From NCBI RefSeq assembly GCF_018977255.1, contig NW_024704746.1:29698001-29762000 (forward strand): a DNA stretch of 64,000 nt. Reading direction: 5' to 3'. The notes under the pieces are model-generated. The model did not search any database, was not told where the DNA came from, and saw only the letters and a list, made by a program, of their open reading frames with translations. Position numbers and translations under genes: made by a program. Each line of letters begins with the position of its first letter. Within the stretch, counting starts at the first letter, position 1. This stretch comes from Callorhinchus milii (Eukaryota). This document shows, in pieces, positions 1 to 12,600 of this stretch.

Positions 1-2299
1 GAACATCCCAAGGTGCTGGACAGTCATCGATTTGGACCCGAGCAACAGTTGGGATCAGGAGGGGTAGAGGACAGGGAGGGTACGCACTGTCGAAGAGGAG
101 GTCTTGTTATTACAACCTCATTAGAGTCAACCAAAAATATCACAGGCATAACAGAACTGAAATCTTTGTTCAGATAAATGTACGAACCCAAAAATGCAGA
201 TTAAACCAATTAAATTCTGATTTCTGAAAGAAATTGGCAGCTACACATACTGTCAAGCTGTCCCTGCACATATAGAATATAAGAACACAGGAAAAACAGA
301 CCATCCAGCCCACTAAGCCTGTCCCACTAGTTAATTTGATTTTAATTGGTCTATATGCCCAGTTTGATGATGATATAGCGCTGTATCACGTCACTGAGAC
401 GTCTCAAAGCGCTTCACAGAAAATACAGTAAAATGACTGTGCGTTTTGTGGGTGAAACCCGGCAGCCAATTCCACACAGCAGTGTCCCACAAACAGTCGG
501 GGATTGAGTGACCAAATTATTATTAGCAGTAATATTTAAATTATTTCCAGCGATGATTGGCGGTCAACTTCACCAAATACAATATTCTGTGTCCCCGATA
601 ATTGCAACCACATCAGTATCTGTGTCTCAACAGAAGGATTCAGCAGATTAAACAACATACTGTTAAGGAGAGATATGCAGATTCTTCAAGAGATGACAAG
701 AGGCCAATGGCCAGAGCCAAACCTGCGTCACTTCAAGGAAATTGTGGACTCCAGGAATTACAGAGACAAGCTGCTGGCGATCAAGGATCTAACTTGAAAA
801 GCAGGAGAATTAGTCAGTTGTAAGCTAATTTTCCACAGAGGAAAAGCCTTCGAAAATTCATGTGGTGCAACTTGGTACTGAGAAACACAAATGAAGAGCA
901 CAGAAATGACCAACACTAAACCAGCAATTTAGTGAAAGATTATGCTGCATATGTCACTTATCAGTATTAATAATAATAGTAATAATAGTTGCATTTGATA
1001 GTGTTTGCACATGATGGGTATCCCAATGAATTATTATGTCAATGAAGCTCAAAAATATACTGTAAATATTTTCCGTAAATAGTTTGCAGGCGAATAAGTA
1101 CTGTACAAGCAGCAGCCACAGAACATGCATTCAATTACCACAAAAGCATGGCAGAAAGCATTTTTCAGAACAGACAATAATCAATGAAATCATCTGTTGA
1201 TGAGTAAACAGATTGATGGATTATCTTCATTATTAATTCAAGTCAGAGAGCATTTGCTAGACGGGGTATGATCTGCTTCATTAAACCAACAGCTTGCACC
1301 TGAGTTATGCAACAATGTCTAAATTTAGACAGGGAATTGAAACCTACTTGTTGATTTTTATATCAAATGCCTCATGCTCTAAACCTGAAAGTAATGACCT
1401 ATATTATGCAGTAGTTTATGACAAAGAAATCGTAAGAAAATTAATTCAGAAAATTAAAAAAAAATTCAGAAGAAATGGCGATTAAACTCTTGCAGAGGTT
1501 GTCCTTGGTGGACAGTTTGTTTCTTTAGTGAAGATTCATCCAAAGTTAATCATCTGTGAAGCTTCCTATGCTATGTTTGTATCAGCTATAACTTCATGTT
1601 TCTTGCTCAAACGGCAAGTAATCTGTTTCCTTGATGTACTGAATCACAATTTTTTTTTTATTGAGGTGTCAAGCAAACCACTTTTTTTTAAATTGTGCAA
1701 CATGCATTCCTTCTTGTGGGCTCACTTGCAGCTGATAAGTTTGTGAAAGTGTTACCAAATATAAAAACGTGAAGCAGTAATATCAAATATGGTTTATGCT
1801 GCAACCACTGAAGATTGAAATGAAACTTACAAAAATCCTCGCTAACAAAGAGCAATTTACAAAGAAAGTTAAATTTGGCTTATACCCATGATAACTATGA
1901 ACATTTTCAAACTAGAAATGATTTCCCCCCCACCGCACCCATGATCCCAAGCTAAAAAAAATTCACAAAATGCAAAGAAATATTTAGTTCAAATATCTAA
2001 TGTTTGTTTCCAGGAAGTCCCATCATTGTGCAGCAGAGATATCTGATATTCACTAATCTGCTGCCCTCGTGTGCAATTCTATAGAATTGCATGATCATCT
2101 TACAGCTTTTGCTGCCCACCTGCAAAAATATTACTGCACTCACACAAGTCAAAGCAAACTAATCACTTCAATCTAGCACAGTTACATTCGTATCATCTCC
2201 ACATATATTCCATTTGTCCAGCTATCTGGTGTGTTACATCGTCAGAGGCGCTGTCCTTCGGATGAAATGGGCGCTGTCTGTATCAGCCTCCACGGCTGC

Positions 2300-2985
2300 A
2301 CGCTCCACCACACTAAGCCAGTCAGGAACCTCGGTGTCTTGTTTGACCCTGAACTGTCCCTTCTCCCCCACATCCGCGCCATGACCGGCACTGCCTACCA
2401 CCACCTCCGCAACATTGCCAGACTCTGCCACTGCCTCACCCCTCAGGCTGCCCAAACCCTCACCCACGCATTCATCACATCAAGGCTTGATTATGGAAAT
2501 TCCCTCCCATCGGCCTTCCCAACTCTTCCCTTCGCGAGCTGCAGATCATCCAAAACTCTGCAGCTCGTGTACTCTCACGCACCAGGCTCCATGACCCCAT
2601 CACTCCCACCCTCGCCCGACTCCACTGGCTCCCCATACCCCAGAGGATCGAGTTCAAAATCCTTGTCCTCACTTTCAAGATTCAGCGGGCTCCGGCTGCT
2701 CCATGTCTCACGCCCGACCCGCCCTACCATCGGTGTCCGGGCTTTCAGCCTCTCTGCCCCCACACTCTGGAACTCCATCCCTTCGCCTCGCTTCCTCCCT
2801 CACCTCCCTCAAGGCCAATCTCAAGACCCTTCTTTTCAATCAAGCCTTCAGTCACCCTCCCACCACTCTGTCTTCCTTCACCCCTACCCCACACCCATGC
2901 TCGGGTCCTGATCCCTGACTGTCCAGTGCCTTGGGACGTTCTCCCGACGTGAAAGGCGCTCTATAAATTTAATTTTGTTGTTGTT
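2300..2985 (+). mobile_element. L2-clade LINE 3' fragment (frameshifted RT C-terminus)
   Basis: VRNLGVLFDPELS...HLRNIARL...HAFITSRLDYGNS; HWLP...RIEFKIL in another frame; tail ggcgctctataaat...(gtt)n. Confidence 0.9.
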
Positions 2986-2989
2986 TGTT

Positions 2990-3270
2990 ATTAAACCAAG
3001 GTCCCAGCTGCCTGATCTGGTGGACATTAAAGATCACATAGCACTATTCGAAAGAGAAGGGAGCTTCTCTTTACCGGAGTCCTGGCCAACAATTCTCTCA
3101 AATAATACTGGTCACTCACTTCATGGCTGTTTGTGGGACACTGCTGTGTGCAACTGGCTGATGGGTTTTGCCCACAAAATACAGTCAATCCACTTTACAG
3201 AATATCCAGTGACGCGCTTTGAGACGTCTCAATGAGGTGATAAGGTGCTGTATCAAGTGCAATTATTAAT
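2990..3270 (+). mobile_element. 5'-truncated DeuSINE abutting an L2 tail (representative of >20 SINE 3' fragments in the window)
   Basis: taaaccaaggtccc...gtttgtgggacactgctgtgtgcaactggctg. Similar fragments near 370, 9200, 11880, 14550, 18640, 27220, 33510, 37950, 43190, 44720, 46790, 49240, 49930, 59710, 60420. Confidence 0.8.
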
Positions 3271-5335
3271 ATCTGTACTACAATAATCAACTTTTTACAC
3301 AGTACAAACACAGCTACGTTACAGACATATTACATCAGCCACCTTCAATTGAGATTGGAAGCCAATAGACGGTGCACTTAGTGCTCGGATGTTCCAATTG
3401 CATGCAGACGGAAGGCAAGTTGGCTTTTCCGCTGCAGCCACATTGCCCAACCACCAATTATTCACCAACTCTGAGAGCAACATCAGGAATCATAGACCAT
3501 AGTGACATGTGGCCAGAGGCAGTATCTAGAATTAAGAGGTTGCAATATTTAAAAAGTCTACGTTAAATGCACAGAAAAAAATTGCATGGGGAAAATGTTC
3601 TGTAGTTGTGGGTTTGTAGAATAGATCCCACATTAAGTATCTGACACTGTGCCAGTTAACTCCTTCAACAAAATAACTGAACTGGGCTGGTTGACCTTTT
3701 CTGATTCCATGCCTCGCTCTCAAGTTAAATATGAATAATAATAATCCTTGCATTTGGTATAGTGCATTTCACAACAGGAGGATGCCACAATGCACTTCAC
3801 AGGATATTTTCCTCAGTGAAGCGACTGTGGGTTTTGTGCACATAGAAATATTTCAAAATAAGACTCCAAAAAGGCTTTATCCTAAAATATTCCACATAAA
3901 AGACTCACTGGCCTACCGTGGCTAACTATGGTTGGTATCAACTAGGTTCTATTTTGCAACAGTTATATTTAGTGAGGTGGGGAATCCTAAAGCCAGATGA
4001 TCCAAGGCAAATTTTCAAAACCCCTCTGCACTTAAGTAGATTCAGCGACACATTTCCCAGCCATTGGTCACCATTAATCCTGACCTGATGAACAGAGCAA
4101 TTTGTTATTGCTCCATGATAAGGAATCCTTCCAGTAGTTCTGCTTAATTATCTTGTCATTGGGACCACTGGACACCATAATGTTAACCAATATTTTACAT
4201 TGGTGACCCCCCCCACCCAAAAAAAAACGGGAAAGGTACAAATGGTAGATTTACCTTAAGATCTTTTAGGTCAAATATTTATTTGTTTAAAAAAATGAGG
4301 CTCTGTTTTACAAGTCTAAAGACACACACACACACTACGGCAGAGTCCTCCTCCAAATTTAAATACATCCCAAATGTGCTGCCTTTTTCGTATTTCCTCA
4401 CGGTGTGCTGTTCACTTTGTACGATGGGAGATTTCATCTGCAGAGTTTAATTTTGTGGCAAACATTGCCTAGAACCACATCTGACCTTTTGAAAACACAC
4501 AATGTGGAATCATGTTATTGAAGTAGGTTTTGGAAGCACTGAAGACAGATGCTGTATCCTAGGAGGGAAATGGCCACACTGCAACAAGTAATTGTATCCA
4601 AAGCACCTCCTTCTGGCAAAATAACAGCTGTGAAGTGGAAATCTATACCAGTACTCAAGCAGTACCATTCCATTTGCTTTGTGTACTATAATGTTGATAC
4701 TTCAGCCTGATGGACTTGTTAATCCTTTGGATGTAAAGAAGCTGTAGCGCTTTAACAGTTTTAAGGTAGTCATTCAATACTAATAGTATAGCCCAGTTAA
4801 GAAAGGATGTATTCTGTACAACTACTCAGCCCAAGACAACTTATCCTTCACCAAAATATTTTTCGGAAATTCTTTTCTGTTATGAGTTTGTTTTCAGATT
4901 GATCCGAGACACATCAACATTCATAATAAAGCTGAAAAAGGTACAGCAAGTAGTATTAGAAAATAAATAGGGTAAATAAAAGGGGAATTACATTGAGGAG
5001 GTATGTTATGTTCAAAGAATCCCATTACCTCTGAAGGAAAACAATAAATACATGCATTACCTTCGTTGAAATTCAATTGATTTTACAGGAATGTGAGGTG
5101 CACCATTTCAGGTCCCTTTTTCCCTCCTTTATCATTTTGGTGACATTGTTTGTTCTTCTCCATAATAGGGTTCTAGAGCAGCTCTGTTCATTTCAATAGA
5201 GCTTAGAATTGGCTTGAGAGACATCCAAAGCCACCCAACACAGGAAGCCCTTCACCAGATAATACAGTACACACTGTGTTTTTCCTGGATTTGTGCATCT
5301 CCATATCAGTTCCCAGGTCAGTCCTAAGTCTAATT

Positions 5336-5835
5336 TCCATGGTCACAGAACTACTCACTGTAAAATATGTACTAGGATTCCCGGCTGTTGACAGGAACAG
5401 GATATTTAGACTCACCTGCAATGTTACATGACACATTAAAAATTGGGCTAAATATAAATTTGGAGACGAAATCCATTGCACACTATTCCTAACAATCTAA
5501 GACAATATGCACCACTGTTACATTGTTTGACTCTGCTTTTATGATTTATTAAACTGTATATAATTATATGTATTCATATATGTATTTTTGCAATATTATA
5601 TTATATACCTCCTATAATATAGAATACATATGATTATATCAAGTTATAATATGAAAGGTATGATGTAAACAGTGTGGGACACTGCTGTGCGCAATTGGCT
5701 GCCGTGTTTCACCCATAAAATACAGTCAGTTCACTTGAGAGTATATTATGTGAAGCGCTTTGAAACGTGTCAACGATGTGATAAAGCACTATATCAAATG
5801 CAAGTATTATAATAGATCATTGATGTCAAATAATC
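5336..5835. repeat. Local duplication, copy 1
   Basis: ~500 bp direct repeat of 6151-6678, including the same SINE 3' fragment. Confidence 0.95.
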
Positions 5836-6150
5836 TACCATTGAAAGTAATATAATTCTCTGAGACTCACAATGTTCTTCCCTTGACATTGTAATTGACA
5901 CCATTAAAGCAGCCAAGGATGGAATTAAACCCAAAATAGAGGATGTCCATAAGCCTGGAATTCAATGAAATGTCAATAAGACATCGCCCATGCTCCCCAC
6001 CACACACGCACACGCGTTCATTAATTTATGCAGTATCCTAAAAGGGAGCTCCATTGGTTCCATTCCCTCCACTCTCACTTTGAATCCATAATCATGGCCA
6101 TTCATAGTTGAAAATCCCCAATTCAGTTACTGTTGGTAGAGCAGGTAACG

Positions 6151-6678
6151 TCCATGGTCACAGAGCTACTCACTATACAATGTGTACTAGGATTCCCGTC
6201 CTTTGACAGGAACAGGATATTTAGACTCACCTGCAATGTTACATGACACATTAAAAACTGGGCTAAATATAAATTTGGAGATGAAATCCACTGCACACTA
6301 TTCCTCACAATCTAAGACAATATGCACCACTGTTACATTGTTTGAATGCTGCTTTTATGATCTATTAAACTGTATATAATTATATGCATTCATATTATAG
6401 TAGATATGTAATAAGCACTATTATATTACATACCTCCTATAATATAGAATACATACGATTATATACAGTTATAATATAAAAGGTATGCATGTAAAGAATC
6501 CACGATTATTTGTGGGACACTGCTGTGCGCAATTGGCTGCCGCATTTCGCTCATAAAATACATAGTCAATTCACTTGACAGTATATTATGTGAAGCGCTT
6601 TGAGACGTGTCAATGATGTGATAATGCGCTATATCAAATGCAAGTATTATTATTATAGATCATTGATGTCAAATAATC
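6151..6678. repeat. Local duplication, copy 2
   Basis: Direct repeat of 5336-5835, offset 815 bp at the left end. Confidence 0.95.
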
Positions 6679-9600
6679 AGTCTTTTTCCCAATGGTTGGG
6701 AGAACTTTGTCAGGCTTCTGTTTGGGCAACTGTTGTAAATACAGTGGTTTAATGACATGCTAATATTTTAAAAGATGGAAGAAACAATCAAACATAATCA
6801 AATCTCAGTTCCAAATGATTAATCAAAGAATTGATTTATATAATCGTTACATTTCATAAAGCTGCTTTCATGTTGGCACTTCTCAAAGCGCTTCACAGGA
6901 TAGACTGCAAATTTGAGTGACTATTTTGAGGCAGATATCGAATAACATTAATACTAAAAACAATATTTAATAATGTGTCTTATCTGCAGGGGCTTCTTGG
7001 GATTAAACTATATTAATGGGAAAGGAAGAGAACAAATTTAAGAGTATTAATGTAAGCATTAATAATGCCAGATGGGCCTGATAACTAGATATGTTAATAA
7101 AGTAGATTTAGTAATAATAGAACGGAAAATCATTGAGCAAACTTACTTTCTCTCTCCTACCTTTGCTTTTGTAAACCTTGAGATTCCCCTCCCCCGAGAA
7201 AGAAAAAAATCATCCATTTAGATTTCCAATGGATATTTCATGACGTGAGAACAATTTATTAATCCACTAAAGAAACTGGTTTCTTATTTTCAATGCACCA
7301 GTACTACAGACAGAAATTATATAATTTCTAAATGAAATTACTTCTTCCTCATATTGTATTACCACCCACCTCAAAACACGGCAAGACATCTGGGTTACAA
7401 ACACTGGAACACATGGCATAATAAGAAAAGGATTCCTCCAAACACTGAAATGAGAACAAGACGTGTATTTATTTCATGCTTTAGTACAAAAGCCCGACAC
7501 TTGCTAAAACTGTTCTAACCTGCGATGAATGCAAGCTTCTGGGCTGTCATCCAAAACCATTTTCATCTAAATTGGCCACAGAACTGAAGTCTGTATTCTC
7601 CACCAACAAACAGAAGACCACCAAACTGGCTGCTGACATTCAAACACACATTTTAATTGGTTTAACTAGACATTGCTCATAAAATGGTCCAAGCTAAAAT
7701 TTGTTTAAACTGTGATCTTCTTTGTAAAACGTTCTACTTGTTTTAAACAATATTATTTTTAAAATATGGTTTTGTGTGATATTTTTGCAAGTTAACTTAA
7801 AATGTTAGAGAACTTGCAATTGGTGTGTGGATGCATTGTGTCTTCGAGTGTGGCAAATACTGGACACGTGCTCCCTTCGAAACCACCATGAATTATTGAT
7901 ACCTCTATATTATCATCAACATGCTTCATTAGGATAGGACAAATACTCCAGTGAAGTGCTGAATAGCTGCAAGTACGACATAACAGCAGATGCAAACGGA
8001 ATTTCTAAAAACAGTGAAAGGCCTGAGACAAAACCACATTGTGTATGGATCTAAACGCTCTGACTGGTACTGTGAAAAATGCTTCTGCAACCTATCGAGT
8101 CTCCCTGCCAAAGATTATAAGGAGTGGGCAGTACATCATTGTGGTAGAATACTATTAAGTTAGAATGCAAAGTAAACAGTGATTTTATCTGTGGAGGAAA
8201 GAAAATAAAAATGTTAAAAAAAACTTCTAAACATAGTGGTTGCGCACATGATTTAATCCATTGAAATTTCAGCCAGGAACGCATACAAAGTTTAGGTATT
8301 GTATATAATGTAGCATGGATTGCTGATATTTGACAATTCTGTCATTTTAGGCGTGACAGAATTGTACTACTATAATGTGAAAGAACTTTACAAAACTGAA
8401 ATTATCAAGAGGATGATGGTTATGTAATACAAATCTTCTTAACACAGAACATGTTTTCAGTTGCAAGATAAACAGAAAACAATGCCTTGATCTGTGAAAG
8501 AATTTCTAGTAAAATAGGTTGAAAAGGCTGAGAACTTTTATTTACCTTGCATTACACATACTTTTTCCATTCTGTCAGCAAACCACATACAGCTCCTTCT
8601 ACAGTTCATTTCCAAACTCTAAGCTTGACTTCAAAAATGACTTAAGACTGCTGGCAACAGCAGTCAGCAAGTCTGCAAATACACTGTGTGCATCTAGAGA
8701 CAAAGAGACTATTTGTTTCCATGCAGAAATGTAGTCCCAAAAACTATGATTCATCGATACACAACACATAAATACTCTATTCCTTAAGGGCTTTTACTTT
8801 ACAAAGGAAAGGTAAGGTTATTTGCAGTGTTCTATAATCAAACAATTAACAAAGAGCAGCGTATGTTACTTTCAAACCACTAAAAAAATCCCCCACAGGA
8901 CAATTGTCTATCCTCTGCCTCTACATATGTATTACATGCAAAATAAAATGTATACTTGGAAGTGATTAAAATGGATTACTTGATGGGTTGAGACAGCATT
9001 GTAAACTGGACTTTACAAATGTCACGTCATCCTCTGAGATTATTAAGTCATACCTTTAACTAATTCTTAAGGACTTTTAGAACGTATGCTGTAAATATAA
9101 CCTTAAGGTTAAAACCATTCAATTGTTGTAATTCTGCATTTGAGCGAGTTTTGATGAAATATCTCATGACAAGCAGCAATCAACATTCGCAAACATCCTT
9201 GCATTTGATATGTCGCCTTATCAAGTATTCGAGACGTCTCGAAGTGTTTCACAGAATATACTGCAAAGTGCAGTGACTGTATATTTTGTGGGCGAAATGC
9301 AGCAGCCAGTTGCGCAAAGCAGTGCCCCACAATCAAGGTAAGCGCCAAGCCCTGAATACGCGTGTGTATGTTCACAAATCTGGATTCTAGGCAATGCCTT
9401 CCAAGCCTCAGAGTTTCCTCATCAGCAATTTGACAGACCTGTGCTTTCACCACTTGTGATTGAGCTCTATATGTGCAGTGAAGTCTGGGTGTACCAAGCC
9501 AACTTTCCCGCAGCAAACTGCAAACAGGAGAGCTTGAAGATGCTGCTGTCACCATTCTTGCAGGAAGTACCAATGCTTATTATTTATTATTGTCATTGTA

Positions 9601-12600
9601 ATAATCTTTAACTGGTATAATTCGAAAGCAAATCTTTTTTGAGGAGTAAAATGAGACACCAAGCATGTCTCAAGACACGTTTAAGACCAGATGCAAAATA
9701 TTGGGAAAAAAATGAGGAATATAGTTAAGAATCCTTTCATTTAATATAGTACCTTATGACATTGTCACAATATCTCAAAATCATTTCACATGATTTACTA
9801 TTAAGTGTAGTTAACGTGCATTTGTAGGTGAATGTAGCAACTAAATTGCAAACTGCAATATCCCACAAACAGCCATGAACTGATTGACCAATTCTATCTG
9901 GGGGATTATTTGGCTGGACAATGCGAGAAACTGAGGGACAAGTGGAGGGAGGGGTTTGAATTTGAAATTTAACTTAAAATACTCTCCAAGTATTAACAAA
10001 ATTGACTGTTGCGTTAGCCTACAAATACAGTCACTAAATTTCAGTTTTTAAAAAAAATCCTGTGAAGCACTTTCAGATGACTCAACATGATAAGGTGGTA
10101 TATCAAATGCAAGTATTATCATAAATGAAATAAAATGAAGCACTATAATGTTACTGGGGATTGAGATGGAAGTGAGTAAGTATCATGTTTCAGTGCCTTG
10201 GAAATACGGCAAAGATACCAGCTTCAGTAGAGAGGACAAGAAGCATGCAATTAGCTACTGCACAAAACATATTTTAGAAATAATTATGGAAAAGGTCATC
10301 TAGGAACCATATCCCAGAATATTCTTTTGATTCTAAAAATGAGGAACCTAAATATTATATTTATTCTTCATTCTTCACTGGCCTATCACGGGTCATTGCT
10401 TATAATGATTGCGAATCATATGAAGTTGTCATTAGTTCTACCAAAGTGATTTATCCCCCAGTAGCTAACAACACTGTAGAATACAATCTGTTTGCCAATG
10501 AGCAATCCTTTGTTGACATATTTACTTTTGGTTCTGTGTACATAGTAACAGAGGTTTCTCTCTAAATCCAAATGATAGAGCTTGTGATAGATGCCAGTTT
10601 TACATTGAGGCGCAACTGCAGATGGCTTTTCAAGAAACATTTCTTCAGCGAGATGAAATTCGGAGCGTAGGAATTTTGTTTGAGATCTGAAAACTGCTTT
10701 GTCTGCATACAAAATGTGGACGAGAGAAATCAATGCCCAGGAAATGTAAGACGCTCAATAATATTAGAGCCGCTAGCTTTCTGGAATAATCCCATTATTA
10801 AGCGTTTTACTAGAGATTGAGACTTTTAAGTGTTTTAAGTCTATTCAATGTATATTATTTGTATAGCCAGTATCTTAACATACTAGTGAGTTTGGGAAGA
10901 GCATTATGTCCTTTGGGCAGAGTGCCCAATCCTTGGAAAGAGGACCATCATACCTCCTTGCTTCTTCGTACATTTCACCATTGTCATGGTGTCTACACAG
11001 CTGACAGATCAAAGATCTCATGTACAAAGGCCTAGAAAGTTAGACAGTCTTCTCTTAAAAATAGTCCACAGGACTCATTAAGACATTAGTCGTATGATTA
11101 ATGTAGTCAATTACCCATCAAAAACAATGCACGACTTTCCATTACCCTGAAGCTCGATATAAGTTCACCCCAATGTATTGATTCAGAACAGTCGGGAAAC
11201 CATTCCTTAATAAAGTTGTTCTGAAAAGTTTATCGTTTGTAAATACAAAAATGGCCGCTCCCATAGGTTCTATTCTATGAGGTAGTCTTTGGCTGCAATG
11301 CTGCGGCCTGGACTGACCTTAAAAATAACAGCTGTTTCTGTATGTCCAGGAAGTGTTCCTCTGGCAAGGATATTAGACCTGGGGCAATGTGGAACCTGGC
11401 TCACATAAAGATGTCCTGGGAGAGTTCCAGTTGGGATTTATCCAACTTCACTACAAGGCTTAGCTGAGCTGAGTGAAAACTGCTACTGACTGGAGGACAG
11501 CCTCTGAGTCCAGGCTCCTTCCTAGAAATGTGCTCTGAAAATAAGTTAGATAATAATCGTGATGGATCCTTGTTTGGCACAGAATGATTATTACCGGACA
11601 GAGACAGGCTGAAGGACAATGCGCAAAAATAGACGATAAACTGTGAACATTGGAAATTGGAAATAATACAAGGTTAATGTGAGACCTTTCATCAACGTCT
11701 AGCTTTCTCTTTCAGTTGCTGAGTAAACAGCTGTGGATTTCCAATATTTGTTTTTAATCATTAATGATGTTAGAGAAGTTGCCTTGGACCTCCTTCATCT
11801 ATTGAAACTGCTTGACAACAAAGTGTCCAACAATGACAGAGGTGTGTCTGTCTTGCACTGTGCTGATAATCTTTCCATTTGATGTAATGCCTTATCACAT
11901 CTTCGAGATGTCTTAAAGCGCTTCACAGAATACACTGCTAAGTGAATTGACTGTGTATATTGTGGGCCAAACGCGGCAACCGATTGCGCACAGCAGTGTC
12001 CCACAAACAGGCGAGGGTTGAGTGACCAAATGCCCTTGATTGCTAATGGTCATTATCGCAGAGCAGCAAATTAGACAGACTCCAATTTATTCAGTCCATA
12101 TTCACCAGTTTTCCCTACCTTGACACTTCCTAATCTATCGTATCATAAACAAGTATTAGAAATAAAATGACTCATGGACTGACAACATTGTTCTTGTGTT
12201 AGCAGAGAGGGCTATAGCAAAGAGATCATGGCTAAATTAATAATAGCTCGAGAACAGCAGCTATCTTTTCTTCTGCTTGAAACATTTATCAAATGCAAAA
12301 CTGGAGTTAATTCTTGTGGTTACAAGAGGATACATTCGATCAATTTGCAGTAGTCACGCCGAAATTATTTAATTCTTCACTGAGAAGACAACAATTGAAC
12401 ATCATGACCATAACACCTAATACCAACACAAATAAATGAAAGGGGGAACCCCGCCCCCAATTATACAATATTTTCTTTTAGTAAATATTAGATTGCTGGA
12501 CAGTGATTTCAAGTCAGGTATGCCATCTTGGGGCTCAGATAATGGTTGAACTTTGTTATGGTTTATGAGAATCCCTGGACAAGATAAATGTGCCGTGTGA

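Noticed and set aside
2231-2911. 226-aa ORF as a host gene or intact reverse transcriptase
   Set aside because: Frameshifted, 5'-truncated L2 remnant lacking the RT core.
9109-9573. 154-aa - strand ORF
   Set aside because: Partly SINE-derived, non-ATG start, no recognisable domain.
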